Shown here one piece after another: positions 39,066 through 51,040 of a stretch of DNA of 64,000 nt. Numbering within the stretch: position 1 is the stretch's first letter; each line of letters starts with the position of its first letter. Position numbers and translations under genes: made by a program. The notes beneath the pieces are model-generated. The model saw only the letters and a program-made list of their open reading frames with translations. It ran no database searches and was not told where the DNA came from. The DNA comes from Sedimentisphaerales bacterium (GTDB taxonomy: Bacteria > Planctomycetota > Phycisphaerae > Sedimentisphaerales > SM23-30), in NCBI GenBank assembly GCA_963666285.1, contig OY762711.1; one strand, 5' to 3'.

Positions 39066-41036
39066 ATGAAAAATTATAAAATATTCAGTTTCGTTGTTTA
39101 CCTGCTATCTATTCTGAACGTACAGTTTTTATCTGATTGTGAAGCACAAATATCCATCATACCAGAACCCACCAAAATGGAGATAAAAACCGGATATTTT
39201 GAAATTAATTCGGCAACATCAATACTTACTACCAGGGAAACTCAATCTCTTGGCGATAAGCTGGTAAAAATACTGGCACCTGCCACCGGGCTAACATTAA
39301 AAACAAAAACCGATACAAATCAGCAAACAAACACAATACAGTTAAAACTGGACAAAAGTCTGGCAACAACAGGCGATGAAGGTTATAGATTAACTGTCAG
39401 CTCCAATACAGTTTTAATAGAAGCGGCGGAAGAGGCCGGTGTGTTTTACGGCATCCAAACGCTTCGCCAGCTGCTACCGGTTGAAATATTTGATAAAAAG
39501 CGAGCGTCAGGTGTAAAATGGCAGATTCCATGTGTTGTGATCGAAGATACCCCCCGCTTTAAATGGCGCGGCATGCATATGGATGTTGGCCGGTATTTCA
39601 TGCCAAAAGACTTTGTAAAAAAATATATAGACCTTCTGGCTATACATAAGATGAATACTTTTCACTGGCACCTCACCGAAGACCAGGGCTGGCGAATAGA
39701 AATTAAAAAATATCCAAAGCTTACCGAAATTGGCGCATGGCGTAAAGAAACCGTTCTGGGCAGAAACACAAACAAGTATGATGGTAAGAAACATGGAGGA
39801 TTTTACACCCAGGCTGAGATTCGAGAGATAGTGGCTTATGCCAAAGAAAGGTATATCACAATTGTACCTGAAATTGAAATGCCCGGGCACAGTGTTGCAG
39901 CTCTTGCCGCATATCCGGAATATTCGTGTACAGGCGGACCGTTTGAGGTAGAGACACGTTGGGGCGTAAAATCAAATGTTTATTGTGCGGGCAACGACAA
40001 GACAATTGAATTTTTGCAGGATATACTGCTTGAAGTACTCGAATTATTCCCAGGCGAATATATTCATATTGGTGGTGATGAATGTCCGAAAAGCCGCTGG
40101 GAAAAATGTCCTAAATGCCAGGCACGCATTAAGGCTGAAGGTCTGAAAAATGAGCATGAACTGCAAAGCTGGTTCATCAAGCAGATGGACACATTTCTGA
40201 CAGAAAGAGGCAGAAGATTGCTCGGCTGGGATGAGATACTAGAAGGCGGCCTGGCACCGGGAGCAACAATCATGTCCTGGCGAGGAGAAAAAGGCGGAAT
40301 CAGTGCCGCCAAAGCCGGTCATGATGTTGTCATGGCCCCGAACAGCTACACATATTTTGACTACTATCAGGCCCAGCCGAATAATGAGCCATTAGCAATC
40401 GGAGGATTTTTGCCAATAGATAAAGTGTATTCTTATAATCCAACTCCATCAGTTTTGTCTGACAAAGAGAAGGAAAGAATACTTGGCGTGCAGGCTCAAC
40501 TCTGGACGGAATATATTCCAACAAGCAGCCATTTAGAGTACATGGCATTTCCAAGGGCATGTGCATTATCTGAGGTAGCCTGGACCAGTAAAGAGAAAAA
40601 AGAATTTTCTGAATTTTACGAGCGATTAAAAACACACTTGAAACGACTCGACTACATTGAAGTAAATTACAGAAAACCTGACCCAATAAAGATTATGCTA
40701 GGCAATTGGAAATCCGGCCAGACCACCGAAGAATTCAAGCCTACTGAATGGGATATCACGTCGCAAATAAATGAACCAGGATTGTACACAATAACGTTTC
40801 AATACACCGGAGGGGCACATCGGTTAGACATTCAAAAAGTCGAACTTCTAAGAGACGGTAAAGTTATAGCTAATGACGAACATACCGGCATTACAGGCAG
40901 CAAAACTGTGGACAACACCTATAAAATAAAATTTGATAAATACAGCAGCTCCAGCAAATACACTCTTCGTGCTGGAATTCGAAGTGATGGGGGAAGCGAT
41001 TCAAACGGGAATATTTATATTTCAAAGCAGGAATGA
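39066..41036 (+). CDS. GH20 beta-N-acetylhexosaminidase
   Basis: DTPRFKWRG, HWHLTEDQGWR, EIEMPGH, HIGGDE, LWTEY; signal peptide. Confidence 0.95.
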   Translation: MKNYKIFSFVVYLLSILNVQFLSDCEAQISIIPEPTKMEIKTGYFEINSATSILTTRETQSLGDKLVKILAPATGLTLKTKTDTNQQTNTIQLKLDKSLATTGDEGYRLTVSSNTVLIEAAEEAGVFYGIQTLRQLLPVEIFDKKRASGVKWQIPCVVIEDTPRFKWRGMHMDVGRYFMPKDFVKKYIDLLAIHKMNTFHWHLTEDQGWRIEIKKYPKLTEIGAWRKETVLGRNTNKYDGKKHGGFYTQAEIREIVAYAKERYITIVPEIEMPGHSVAALAAYPEYSCTGGPFEVETRWGVKSNVYCAGNDKTIEFLQDILLEVLELFPGEYIHIGGDECPKSRWEKCPKCQARIKAEGLKNEHELQSWFIKQMDTFLTERGRRLLGWDEILEGGLAPGATIMSWRGEKGGISAAKAGHDVVMAPNSYTYFDYYQAQPNNEPLAIGGFLPIDKVYSYNPTPSVLSDKEKERILGVQAQLWTEYIPTSSHLEYMAFPRACALSEVAWTSKEKKEFSEFYERLKTHLKRLDYIEVNYRKPDPIKIMLGNWKSGQTTEEFKPTEWDITSQINEPGLYTITFQYTGGAHRLDIQKVELLRDGKVIANDEHTGITGSKTVDNTYKIKFDKYSSSSKYTLRAGIRSDGGSDSNGNIYISKQE

Positions 41037-41052
41037 TGGAGGAGAGAAACAA

Positions 41053-42222
41053 GTGAATTATGATTTAAGTCAAATATGCGGTAATTTCCAAATATACGGA
41101 GACTTTGTTTCCGGCATACCTTACGGATCCGGTCATATCAACGATACATTTCTGGTAACATATAACCAGGCCGGCGAGCCGGTTCGATACATTTTGCAAA
41201 GAATTAATCATTATGTATTTAAAAATACAAAAGGATTAATGGAGAACATAGCAAGAGTAACCAAGCATATAACTAAAAAGCTAATTGCAGAGGGTTTAGA
41301 AGATGTTACTCGAAGAGTATTGACCCTGGTCGAAACTACTGATGATTTGCCATATTTTATAGATAACGATGGTAATACGTGGCGTGTATACCTTTTTATA
41401 GAAAATGCACAAACATATGATATATTGACATCAAACAGTCATGCCAAAATGGCAGCAAAAGCGTTTGGCCAATTCCAGGAACAGCTGGCAGACCTGGACC
41501 AGACAGAAAACCCACTTATTGAGACAATTCCCAACTTCCATAATGGTCCCTGGAGATACCAGATGTTTTTGGAAGCCCTGGAAAATGATTCATGCAACCG
41601 GGCAGTATCAGCAAAACCAGAAATCGATTTCCTAAATGAAAATGCTGGTTTATTTGATATATTCCCCCAGTTAATCGAAGCCGGTAAGATACCTATCCGT
41701 ATCACCCATAACGATACCAAAATCAATAATATCATGATTGACGATGTAACGGGTGAGGCAGTTTGCGTAATTGACCTCGATACCGTTATGCCGGGACTGG
41801 CTCTTTATGACTTTGGCGATATTGTCCGAACGACCTCCTCAGCGAGTGCAGAAGACGAGCCGGATCTAAGTAAGGTATATGCGCAACTTCCTCGATTCAA
41901 TGCAGTAGTAGACGGATATTTGGCCAGTGCCGGGAAATTTCTGAACCAGGTAGAGAAAGATCATTTAGTCCACTCCGGAAAGCTAATTACACTGATGATA
42001 GGTACCCGATTTTTGACTGATTACCTCTGTGGGGACCAGTATTTCAAGGTTCATCGTGAAGGTCATAATCTTGATCGTTGCCGAACACAGTTCAAACTGG
42101 TCCAATCTATCATCGATCAGCAGGAAGAAATGGAAAAATGTGTTGAATCTTTCGGTCAAAGTTCTATACTTGAAACAAATAGAAATAAGCAGAAAATAAA
42201 TAATAGTTCAATTATTAAGTAA
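41053..42222 (+). CDS. APH-family phosphotransferase, N-acetylhexosamine 1-kinase-like
   Basis: GSGHINDTF, LQRIN, ETIPNFH, THNDTKINN, IDLDT, RFLTDYL; GTG start with GGAGG. Confidence 0.8.
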   Translation: MNYDLSQICGNFQIYGDFVSGIPYGSGHINDTFLVTYNQAGEPVRYILQRINHYVFKNTKGLMENIARVTKHITKKLIAEGLEDVTRRVLTLVETTDDLPYFIDNDGNTWRVYLFIENAQTYDILTSNSHAKMAAKAFGQFQEQLADLDQTENPLIETIPNFHNGPWRYQMFLEALENDSCNRAVSAKPEIDFLNENAGLFDIFPQLIEAGKIPIRITHNDTKINNIMIDDVTGEAVCVIDLDTVMPGLALYDFGDIVRTTSSASAEDEPDLSKVYAQLPRFNAVVDGYLASAGKFLNQVEKDHLVHSGKLITLMIGTRFLTDYLCGDQYFKVHREGHNLDRCRTQFKLVQSIIDQQEEMEKCVESFGQSSILETNRNKQKINNSSIIK

Positions 42223-42285
42223 ATATTTTGATATCCTTGTAAGATATTTTGACATTCTTGTAAGGAATAAGGCAGGAAAAGTATT

Positions 42286-44802
42286 ATGCAATTAGCTGGT
42301 ATTGACTGGATTATCATTGGAGTTTTCTTTGCAGCGATCATTTTGATAGGTCTAATAGTATCGCGTGCCGCGGGCAAAAGCTCGGCAGATTTCTTTTTGG
42401 GCGGCCGTAGTATGCCATGGTGGCTACTTGGCGTGTCAATGGTAGCATGTACATTCTCCTGCGATACTCCCAATCTAGTAACCGGAATGGTTCGAAACGG
42501 CGGAGTAGTCGCTAACTGGGGCTGGTGGGCCTTCCTGATAACCGGTATGGTAACAGTGTTTATCTATGCCCAGCTATGGCGAAGGTCAAAGGTCATGACA
42601 GACCTGGAATTCTATGAACTACGCTACAGCGGTAAAAGTGCAGCGTTTATCCGCGGTTTCCGTTCACTCTATCTCGGTATATTCTTTAACTGCCTGATAA
42701 TGGGAACGGTAACTCTGGCAGCCATAAAAATCGGCCAGGTTATCTTTGACGTCGAGCCCTGGGTAGCAGTTCTAGCCGGTTCGATCGGAGTAGTAATTTA
42801 CGCAACTGCTGGTGGTATAAAGAGTTGTATCTGGGCAGACTTTTTCCAATATTCCATAGCGATGTTTGGTGCCGTTTATGCAGCAATCGTAGCATGCCAA
42901 CAGCCAGAAGTCGGAGGCTTGAGCCAATTAATAACACATCAGGATGTTGCAGGCAAATTAAGCTGGATGCCGGATTTCTCCACCTGGTTAGCCTGGGTGC
43001 CACTGCTGCTTATCCCTGTCGCGGTGCAATGGTGGTCGGTATGGTATCCCGGAGCAGAGCCAGGCGGCGGCGGCTACATCGCCCAGCGTATGCTTTCTGC
43101 TAAAGACGAGAAGAATGCTATTGGAGCAACTTTGTTCTTCAATTTCATGCATTACGGCATGCGTCCATGGCCATGGATTATAGTAGCCCTGGCATCAATT
43201 GTCTGCTATCCGACACTGGAAAGTATCAAATCAGAGTTTCCAGGTATTGACCCTACCTACCTGAAATCTGATATAGCATACCCGGTTATGATCTCCAAAC
43301 TAGGTCCGGGCCTACTGGGCCTGGTGGTAGCGTCACTCATAGCGGCATATATGTCTACCATCGGTACACATCTGAACTGGGGTTCATCCTATGTTGTAAA
43401 TGACTGGTACAAACGTTTTATGAAACCAGACGCCAGCGAAAAGGAACTGGTAACGGTAGGACGACTATGCACAGTAATACTTATGGCAATAGCCGCCATG
43501 TTTGCCCTAACCTTTTTGGAAGATGCCAACCAGGCGTTTGAGATACTGCTGCTGTCCGGAGCCGGAACAGGTGCTATCTACATAATGAGATGGTTCTGGT
43601 GGCGAATAAATGCGTGGACAGAAATTGTTGCAATGATTGCAGCGACAATAATTGCTTTCTGGATCGTGCTGGGTGTTGGCAATACCGGAACATTAAAGTG
43701 GTATGTAAACAATTCATCAGTATCCGAATATGTTCTCAAAATTGACGATGCCGCACTGGCAGATTCAATATCAGAAAAAATGGACAACTCATCAAAGAAG
43801 GCCGGAGAGTTTGCTCAGGCAGTCCAAGAAAAAGTTAGTGTCTGGCGACTCTCAAAAGAAGACAAGCTTGAGCGAGACAGATCAAGACTTGTTTACGACA
43901 AAGCCCTGGCGGAACAGGAAAGTTTTGCAAAAGCTAATACCGCAATTTCTTTATTGAAGGATTCGGCAAATATCAGCTATGAAGAACAAATCAAACCAGA
44001 GGAACAAGTAGCGGAACTTCTGAAAGAAACTGATATTTCTTATGATAATGTCGTGGTACAATTTGCACTTCTAACAAAAAATAAAGAAAGAGCAACTGAT
44101 GAACTGATTCGTCTTGAGAAGTCTTATGAAGCCGCATTGGAAAATGCTAAAAGCTATGAAGATGCCGAACTGACAGCTGCTCGTGAAAGCCGGAAAGAAG
44201 CACAAAAAGCGGCAGACGAAGCCGCTGCTGAATACAAACGTTACTTTGACAAATATGGTACATCAATTGCAGTCAGCACTAATGCGGACAGTGTTTTATG
44301 GTTTGCAGATTTTAATAAGTTTGTAGAAAAATTCGGCACAGGAATAAAGGCAATTATCAAAGGCCATACTTTATATGTTTACGATTCAAGGATTGAAGAC
44401 TTGAAGTTCTCCGTACAACTGCTGGTATGTGTAATAATTGTGTCAATAGTCTGGGTAGTGACAACCCTAGTGACAAAACCGGCAGATAAAGAGACCCTGC
44501 GTAATTTTTATAAATTGTGTCATCCCGGCGGGCCAGGCTGGAAGAAAGTTGTTTTAGAGGCCAAAGCCGAAGGTTTAGACATCGACCAGAAAAATGCAAT
44601 CGGCGACTGGAAACTTCCAATTCAGATATTGTGTGTATTCATGGGATGCATAGCGATATATTCATCATTGTTTTCTATTGGAAATTTCGTTTACGGCAAT
44701 ATGTCGTGGGGTATCATCCTGGCAATTGTTTCTTTTGGAGCAACCCTCGTACTATTTAGAATGTTTGATAAGATCGGTGTAGAAACTGAATCTTCTGATT
44801 GA
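42286..44802 (+). CDS. sodium:solute symporter family protein with a large soluble insertion
   Basis: DFFLGGRSMPWW, EPGGGGYIAQR, AAYMST; many TM helices. Confidence 0.9.
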   Translation: MQLAGIDWIIIGVFFAAIILIGLIVSRAAGKSSADFFLGGRSMPWWLLGVSMVACTFSCDTPNLVTGMVRNGGVVANWGWWAFLITGMVTVFIYAQLWRRSKVMTDLEFYELRYSGKSAAFIRGFRSLYLGIFFNCLIMGTVTLAAIKIGQVIFDVEPWVAVLAGSIGVVIYATAGGIKSCIWADFFQYSIAMFGAVYAAIVACQQPEVGGLSQLITHQDVAGKLSWMPDFSTWLAWVPLLLIPVAVQWWSVWYPGAEPGGGGYIAQRMLSAKDEKNAIGATLFFNFMHYGMRPWPWIIVALASIVCYPTLESIKSEFPGIDPTYLKSDIAYPVMISKLGPGLLGLVVASLIAAYMSTIGTHLNWGSSYVVNDWYKRFMKPDASEKELVTVGRLCTVILMAIAAMFALTFLEDANQAFEILLLSGAGTGAIYIMRWFWWRINAWTEIVAMIAATIIAFWIVLGVGNTGTLKWYVNNSSVSEYVLKIDDAALADSISEKMDNSSKKAGEFAQAVQEKVSVWRLSKEDKLERDRSRLVYDKALAEQESFAKANTAISLLKDSANISYEEQIKPEEQVAELLKETDISYDNVVVQFALLTKNKERATDELIRLEKSYEAALENAKSYEDAELTAARESRKEAQKAADEAAAEYKRYFDKYGTSIAVSTNADSVLWFADFNKFVEKFGTGIKAIIKGHTLYVYDSRIEDLKFSVQLLVCVIIVSIVWVVTTLVTKPADKETLRNFYKLCHPGGPGWKKVVLEAKAEGLDIDQKNAIGDWKLPIQILCVFMGCIAIYSSLFSIGNFVYGNMSWGIILAIVSFGATLVLFRMFDKIGVETESSD

Positions 44803-44808
44803 TCGTAT

Positions 44809-45477
44809 ATGAAAAAAAACTATAAAGTGGTCAAATGCACTCAAAGCAATACTATTGATGCTGACTGGAGCAAACCTTTCTGGCAGGACATTGACTCTGC
44901 GGAAATCTGTCTATCTCACTGGCCGGTGCAAACCGAACACCAGCCTGAGACAAAAGTAAAAATTCAATACGACAATGACTATATATATGTTATCTTTCAT
45001 GTGAAAGATTGTTATATCAGATCAGTAGCCTCAGAGGTTAATGATGATGTCTGGAAGGACAGCTGTGTGGAATTTTTCTTCTCGCCCAGCCCAGGCAATC
45101 CTGACATTTATATCAACCTGGAAGCAAACTGCTGCGGGGTAATACTAGCTCAGCGGCATACCGGCCCGCGTCAAAACAGCCGTTTTTTTGATATCGAAGA
45201 TTGCACGAATATTCAAATTGCCACTACTTTTACCGAACCGATATATAAGGAAATAACCACCCCTACCGAATGGACCCTGGAATACGCGGTTCCATTTGAC
45301 CTGATAGCAAAATATACAGATATTTCCCGCCCAGAATCCGGCGTTAAATGGAATGCCAATTTCTATAAATGCGCTGATGACTGTTCTTATCCTCACTGGA
45401 TTACATGGTCTCCTATTGCCACAAAACAGCCAGATTTCCATCAGCCGGGATATTTTGGTATTTTAGAATTTTCTTGA
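44809..45477 (+). CDS. CBM9-like sugar-binding domain protein
   Basis: [39 protein letters not shown]. Confidence 0.75.
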   Translation: MKKNYKVVKCTQSNTIDADWSKPFWQDIDSAEICLSHWPVQTEHQPETKVKIQYDNDYIYVIFHVKDCYIRSVASEVNDDVWKDSCVEFFFSPSPGNPDIYINLEANCCGVILAQRHTGPRQNSRFFDIEDCTNIQIATTFTEPIYKEITTPTEWTLEYAVPFDLIAKYTDISRPESGVKWNANFYKCADDCSYPHWITWSPIATKQPDFHQPGYFGILEFS

Positions 45478-45511
45478 ATCAAAAACTTTTTTGTTAATAA
45501 TGGAACAACTT

Positions 45512-46537
45512 ATGAAAGCACTAGTAAAAAAAGAAGCAAAAGAAGGTCTATGGCTGGATGATGTCGAAGTTCCACAAATTGGGATTAACGACGTATTAAT
45601 AAAAGTAGAAAAGACGTCTATCTGTGGAACAGATGTCCATATTTATAACTGGGACAGCTGGGCACAGAAAACAATCAAGCCACCAATGACAATAGGTCAT
45701 GAATTCGTCGGCCATATCGTTGAAATCGGCGATAATGTCCAGGATTTCAAGATCGGCGACAGAGTAAGTGCTGAAGGTCATGTAGTCTGCGGACATTGCA
45801 GAAACTGCCTGGCAGGCAGAAGGCACCTGTGCAACTCGCCTCGCGGTATCGGCGTAAACCGTAACGGAGCCTTTGCTGAATATATCTCCGTACCGGTTAC
45901 CAATACCTGGTATTGCGACCCGACAATATCATCAGATGTTTTCAGCTGCTTCGACCCACTGGGAAATGCAGTTCATACCGCCCTGTCCTTCAATCTTGTA
46001 GGTGAAGACGCGTTAATAACCGGGGCCGGCCCTATCGGCTGTATGGCGGCGGCAGTAGCAAAACAAGTTGGTGCCAGGCATGTAGTCGTAACCGATATCA
46101 ACCCTGCCCGGCTGGAACTGGCTAAACGGATGGGAGCTACCCTGACAGTTGATGTCAGTAAGGAAACCCTGGCTGACGCCCAGAAGAAACTCGATATGAA
46201 AGAAGGTTTCGACGTTGGCATGGAAATGTCCGGCAGCCCGCAGGCATTGAAAGAAATGATCGCAAATATGGCTCACGGCGGCAATATAGCTCTGCTGGGA
46301 ATCCTGCCTCCTACCGAGATAGACTGGGACTTTATCGTATTCAACGGTCTTACAATAAAAGGAATTTACGGCCGCCTGATGTACGAAACCTGGTACAAGG
46401 TAACCATGCTTATCCAGGGCGGACTTGACATTACCCCGCTTATTACTCACAGGTTCCATTACAGCGATTTCCAGAAAGGATTTGATGTAATGCGTTCCGG
46501 CAAAGCGTGTAAAGTTGTCCTGGACTGGACTGAATAA
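45512..46537 (+). CDS. tdh: L-threonine 3-dehydrogenase
   Basis: [34 protein letters not shown]; adjacent to kbl. Confidence 0.96.
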   Translation: MKALVKKEAKEGLWLDDVEVPQIGINDVLIKVEKTSICGTDVHIYNWDSWAQKTIKPPMTIGHEFVGHIVEIGDNVQDFKIGDRVSAEGHVVCGHCRNCLAGRRHLCNSPRGIGVNRNGAFAEYISVPVTNTWYCDPTISSDVFSCFDPLGNAVHTALSFNLVGEDALITGAGPIGCMAAAVAKQVGARHVVVTDINPARLELAKRMGATLTVDVSKETLADAQKKLDMKEGFDVGMEMSGSPQALKEMIANMAHGGNIALLGILPPTEIDWDFIVFNGLTIKGIYGRLMYETWYKVTMLIQGGLDITPLITHRFHYSDFQKGFDVMRSGKACKVVLDWTE

Positions 46538-46661
46538 TATACACAGTGAATGATCTGCCCGATCGCCCGGAAGGTATCTAATGAAAATGTAATCATTTAT
46601 ACCACGCTCGAACGGGCATTTTCAGCTGTTATTGATATTAATACGAAAAAGGGAAAAGCTT

Positions 46662-47849
46662 ATGTTTTCAAATATGAAATCCTACCTTTCTGATCAATTG
46701 TCACAAATTGAAAAAGACGGACTATATAAAAATGAACGGGTAATAACCAGCCCGCAAAACAACCGTATAAACGTCAAGACCGGTGATTCGGTTCTGAACT
46801 TCTGTGCGAATAACTACCTGGGACTAGCTGACCATCCTGACATTATCCGGGCAGCTAAAGAGAGTTATGACAAATGGGGTTTCGGCTTGTCTTCGGTTCG
46901 TTTTATCTGCGGCACTCAACTTATCCACAAAGAGCTTGAAGAAAAAGTATCTGAATTCCTGCAAACTGAAGATACCATCCTATACGGCAGCTGTTTCGAC
47001 GCAAACGGCGGACTATTCGAGACCATTCTCGGACCGGAAGACGCAATAATCAGCGACCAGCTCAACCATGCCAGTATAATTGACGGTGTCAGGCTATGCA
47101 AAGCTCAACGATACAGGTATAACAACAGCGATATGGCAAACCTGGAAGCTAAATTGAAAGAAGCCGAATCTGCACGTTTCAAACTTATCGCAACTGATGG
47201 CGTATTTTCGATGGACGGGTATGTAGCCAAGCTAGACGAAATATGCTCACTTGCCGAAAAATATGATGCATTAGTAATGATTGATGAGTGCCACGCAGCC
47301 GGTGTGATAGGTAAAACAGGCCGCGGTACAATCGAATACCGGGATGTAATCGGAAAAGTAGATATTATCACCGGTACCTTCGGCAAGGCTCTCGGCGGTG
47401 CCAGCGGCGGATTCACAACCGGTCGCAAAGAGATTATCGATATGTTGCGTCAGCGAAGCAGGCCATACCTGTTTTCCAACACTGTTGCCCCGGCAATTGC
47501 CTCAGCATCCATCAAGGCACTGGAAATACTCATGTCTTCAACCGAGCTAATAGATAAGCTTGCCGATAATACGGCATATTTTCGCAAATCAATTGCTCAG
47601 ACCGGCCTGAATGTATTGCCAGGCGACCACCCGATCACCCCGATTATGCTGGGAGATGCCGTTATAGCACAAAAGATGGCCGAAAAGCTGCTGGAAAATG
47701 GGATTTACGTTATTGGTTTCTCTTTCCCGGTAGTGCCAAAAGATCAAGCCAGAATCAGGGTACAGATATCAGCAGCACACACCAAAGAAGACCTTGATTT
47801 TGCTGTTGATAAATTCCAGAAGATAGGAAAAGACCTGGGAATCTGCTAA
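46662..47849 (+). CDS. kbl: glycine C-acetyltransferase (2-amino-3-ketobutyrate CoA ligase)
   Basis: [49 protein letters not shown]. Confidence 0.97.
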   Translation: MFSNMKSYLSDQLSQIEKDGLYKNERVITSPQNNRINVKTGDSVLNFCANNYLGLADHPDIIRAAKESYDKWGFGLSSVRFICGTQLIHKELEEKVSEFLQTEDTILYGSCFDANGGLFETILGPEDAIISDQLNHASIIDGVRLCKAQRYRYNNSDMANLEAKLKEAESARFKLIATDGVFSMDGYVAKLDEICSLAEKYDALVMIDECHAAGVIGKTGRGTIEYRDVIGKVDIITGTFGKALGGASGGFTTGRKEIIDMLRQRSRPYLFSNTVAPAIASASIKALEILMSSTELIDKLADNTAYFRKSIAQTGLNVLPGDHPITPIMLGDAVIAQKMAEKLLENGIYVIGFSFPVVPKDQARIRVQISAAHTKEDLDFAVDKFQKIGKDLGIC

Positions 47850-47859
47850 TAGAAAAATT

Positions 47860-47888
47860 AATCAAACTGGCTAATGGCCAGTTTGATT
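47860..47888. terminator. bidirectional terminator between convergent kbl and sulfatase genes
   Basis: AATCAAACTGGC-TAATG-GCCAGTTTGATT inverted repeat. Confidence 0.7.
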
Positions 47889-47892
47889 TGTA

Positions 47893-49386
47893 TCATGTGT
47901 TTGGCGAAAAGTTCAGGATGGCAAGATTGCTGGGATGTAAAACTCGAGAGTCGTTGTATTTTTTGCCATAATCCAGCAATTGTGCGGAAAGCTTTTTAAC
48001 GACGTCTGAGTACCCAGGCATATTATAGAAATTCTTCAGTTCGTCCGGGTCTTTTTCGAGGTCATAAAGCCATGGTTTTTCGTCAGGCTGAATAACAAGC
48101 TTATAACGTTTAGTTATCGCCGCTACCCAGTTATTTTCCGTATTGCCGGTCCCGCGAATAAACACTATATCATTCCAGTCAGACGGTGCCTTACCATTGA
48201 GGAATAGTTCTGAACAATCTCTACCCTCTTCTTCTCCATTGAGTTTTGCGTTCATTAAGGGCAGTATAGTCGGCATAAAATCAACGCAGCTAATAGCTTC
48301 ATGTATAACCGTTCCCGGCTTGATCCTGGCGGGATAGTAAATAACAAAAGGAATTTTTGCAGAAGCTTCCAAAGGTATGCTCTTGTTGTGCCTGCCGTGT
48401 TCAAAGCACATATCACCATGGTCTGAGGTGAATATGATAATGGTATTATCCATCAGCTTCTTCGAACGCAGGGTATCGAGAATGCGTCCAACATTATCGT
48501 CGATACATTTAACCATCCCAAAATAAGAAGCCAACAGATTTTTGTTCATTTTAATGTTTTTTATTTCTTTTTTGGCCCAGCCCGGCAGCCCGCTATCATC
48601 TTTCAATGCCGTTTTAGGCAACTTAAAATCCAAATGCCTGTACATGGTATCATATGGCTTTCGCACAAGGTTAGGGCCATGCGGGTCCGGAATACTGACC
48701 ATATAACAGAAAGGCTTACCGGCATTGAGGATGATAAAATCAATTGCTTTTGAGCAAAGCCAGTCGGTAGTGAAACTTTTGCTATCAGCTCCATCTACGA
48801 AATAGCCTGGCTTGCCTTCCTTATTAAGTGCGGCTACTCTCGGCCCCTTATCAGTATCTTCAAGCTTTTTCCAATGGCCGCGATTGAACATATAGCGATT
48901 ATCGGCAAAGCCAAAATTTCGTTCCGGCTGCCATTGAGGTTTACCGGTGCCATCCAAATGCCATTTGCCGGCATACCCGGTAGCATACCCCTTTCGCCGC
49001 AGGACTTCCGCGAAAGTTACAATTCCATCTTTCATTGGAATATCATTATTATGCACCGGGGTATTCTGCGGATACTTTCCTGAAACAAAAGATGAGCGAG
49101 AAGGCGAACACACAGGGGTAGTTGCATAATAACTTGTACAAATAGCTCCTTTATCCGCAATCCAGTCAATATTTGGGGTCTCTACAGCAACGCCTTTGCC
49201 CCAAACATACCCCTGCTCTTCGCTCATAAGCTTGCGATAACAGCCGAGGGTACGGAAATTATGCTCATCAGTATGGATAATTACCAGATTGGGAGCAGTG
49301 ATACTATTTGCATTAGCCAATACAGGTAAAGAAATGCCGGCTAGAGTGCTAAAACCGGACAATTTAAGAAAATCTCTTCTTTTCAT
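47893..49386 (-). CDS. Tat-exported formylglycine-dependent sulfatase
   Basis: KRRDFLK Tat motif; CSPSR; GKWH; SDHG. Confidence 0.93.
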   Translation of the reverse strand: MKRRDFLKLSGFSTLAGISLPVLANANSITAPNLVIIHTDEHNFRTLGCYRKLMSEEQGYVWGKGVAVETPNIDWIADKGAICTSYYATTPVCSPSRSSFVSGKYPQNTPVHNNDIPMKDGIVTFAEVLRRKGYATGYAGKWHLDGTGKPQWQPERNFGFADNRYMFNRGHWKKLEDTDKGPRVAALNKEGKPGYFVDGADSKSFTTDWLCSKAIDFIILNAGKPFCYMVSIPDPHGPNLVRKPYDTMYRHLDFKLPKTALKDDSGLPGWAKKEIKNIKMNKNLLASYFGMVKCIDDNVGRILDTLRSKKLMDNTIIIFTSDHGDMCFEHGRHNKSIPLEASAKIPFVIYYPARIKPGTVIHEAISCVDFMPTILPLMNAKLNGEEEGRDCSELFLNGKAPSDWNDIVFIRGTGNTENNWVAAITKRYKLVIQPDEKPWLYDLEKDPDELKNFYNMPGYSDVVKKLSAQLLDYGKKYNDSRVLHPSNLAILNFSPNT

Positions 49387-49501
49387 GCTGGCCTGTTCTC
49401 CGTAAGTATCATCAATATTTATAAAACAACTAGAGTACGTTTTGCACTTCGCTTCTTATCGTATGTAATCTTAGAAGTGCAAAAATAATCCAGATAATAT
49501 C

Positions 49502-51040
49502 CTATCTCATTCTATTAGAAGAAATCACTTTTTTGAGCAGTTTATCCAGCTCTTTAGCTTTGTCCGGGTGTTTTTCGATAATATTATTCTTTTCACTCGG
49601 ATCCTCTGAAAGATTATACAATTCAGCGTTATTACCGGATTTGTTTGCATTTTTGCTTAAAAGATTACTTGGACCGACGTATTTCCATTCGCCTACCCGG
49701 ATAGCAATCCTTCTGAATGCTTCTTCTACCATATATGGCAGTCCGGCAGAATCGATACCGAGGAAAGCATCCATCGTATCTCGACTGTCGGGAGCATCCT
49801 CATCGTTAAGCTTAACATTCAAAAAACTGGCAAAAGATGCGATAAAATCGGTCTGGTTTACAAGTGCCGTTGATACTCCCGGCTTAACATGATTAGGCCA
49901 TCGAACAATAAACGGGACACGTGTGCCGCCTTCGTATATCTGATACTTACCACCACGATAAATACCAGAAGCGTCATGGCCGCGATCTACTTCCTTAGAA
50001 GAAGTGAAAACAGTAGTGCCGTCTTCATAGCCATCATCATAAACCGGACCATTGTCACTTGAGAAAATAACAATAGTATTCTCAGTTAAACCATTTTCCT
50101 CCAGTGACTTCATAATCTCCCCGGTAGCCCAGTCTAACTGAACCATGGCATCACCGCGATATGTAAGTTCACTTTTGCCCTTAAATCGCTTGTTTGGAGC
50201 CCTCGGTACATGAATATCCTGAGAGGCAAAATATAAGAAGAAAGGTTTTTCTTTATTGGATTCAATATAATTTTTCGCCTGTTCGACAAATACGTCGGCC
50301 ATCGTTTCATCGTTCCATAAAGCAGATTTGCCACCAGCCATGTAACCTATCCGTCCAATGCCATTTATGACGCTGCCATTATGCCCTTGTGTACTTTTAT
50401 AATATGTCATAGCTTCCGGGTTTTTCTTACCGTCCGGATATTCAGTACTGCCAGGCTTATCCACATTTGCTTTGCTCCTGCCGACAAACAAAGGGTCACC
50501 AGGATCAAGATTCACCACCTTGTGCCCTTCGAGATATACACAAGGCACGCGATCATTAGTAGAAGGCAGCAAATAAGAGAAATCAAAACCTAATTCCAGC
50601 GGGCCGGGCTTAACCTCGCCATTCCAATCGGTACTAACCCCTTTGGTACCAAGGCCAATATGCCATTTGCCGATAACGCCGGTAACATAACCTGCCTTTT
50701 TAAATACGCGTGGTAATGTCATAACCTCAGTTTCAATGGTAAGAGGAGCGTTAGGCGGTAAGACATTTACCCCTTTACGAAAACCATACTCACCTGACAA
50801 AAGTGAAAACCGAGAAGGCGTACACGTTGCAGCAGAACAATGACCGTCTGTAAACCGTAAACCTTCACGAGCCAGCCGGTCAATATTTGGAGTCGGGATA
50901 AGCTTCGAGCCATATATGCCAACATCACCATAGCCGACATCGTCACCATATATGAGAACCACGTTTGGCTGAGAACCTGCTAAAACAAATGATGCAGCCA
51001 GCAGGATCACAAAAACAGATAAGAATTGCATAATTTTCAT
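49502..51040 (-). CDS. formylglycine-dependent sulfatase (arylsulfatase-like)
   Basis: DDVGYGD, CTPSR, GKWH, SSDNG, YEGGTRVP; signal peptide. Confidence 0.93.
   Translation of the reverse strand: MKIMQFLSVFVILLAASFVLAGSQPNVVLIYGDDVGYGDVGIYGSKLIPTPNIDRLAREGLRFTDGHCSAATCTPSRFSLLSGEYGFRKGVNVLPPNAPLTIETEVMTLPRVFKKAGYVTGVIGKWHIGLGTKGVSTDWNGEVKPGPLELGFDFSYLLPSTNDRVPCVYLEGHKVVNLDPGDPLFVGRSKANVDKPGSTEYPDGKKNPEAMTYYKSTQGHNGSVINGIGRIGYMAGGKSALWNDETMADVFVEQAKNYIESNKEKPFFLYFASQDIHVPRAPNKRFKGKSELTYRGDAMVQLDWATGEIMKSLEENGLTENTIVIFSSDNGPVYDDGYEDGTTVFTSSKEVDRGHDASGIYRGGKYQIYEGGTRVPFIVRWPNHVKPGVSTALVNQTDFIASFASFLNVKLNDEDAPDSRDTMDAFLGIDSAGLPYMVEEAFRRIAIRVGEWKYVGPSNLLSKNANKSGNNAELYNLSEDPSEKNNIIEKHPDKAKELDKLLKKVISSNRMR

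Noticed and set aside
49440..49484. TTTTGCACTTC...GAAGTGCAAAA inverted repeat between the sulfatases
   Set aside because: Most simply an intergenic terminator or stabiliser; no second copy seen
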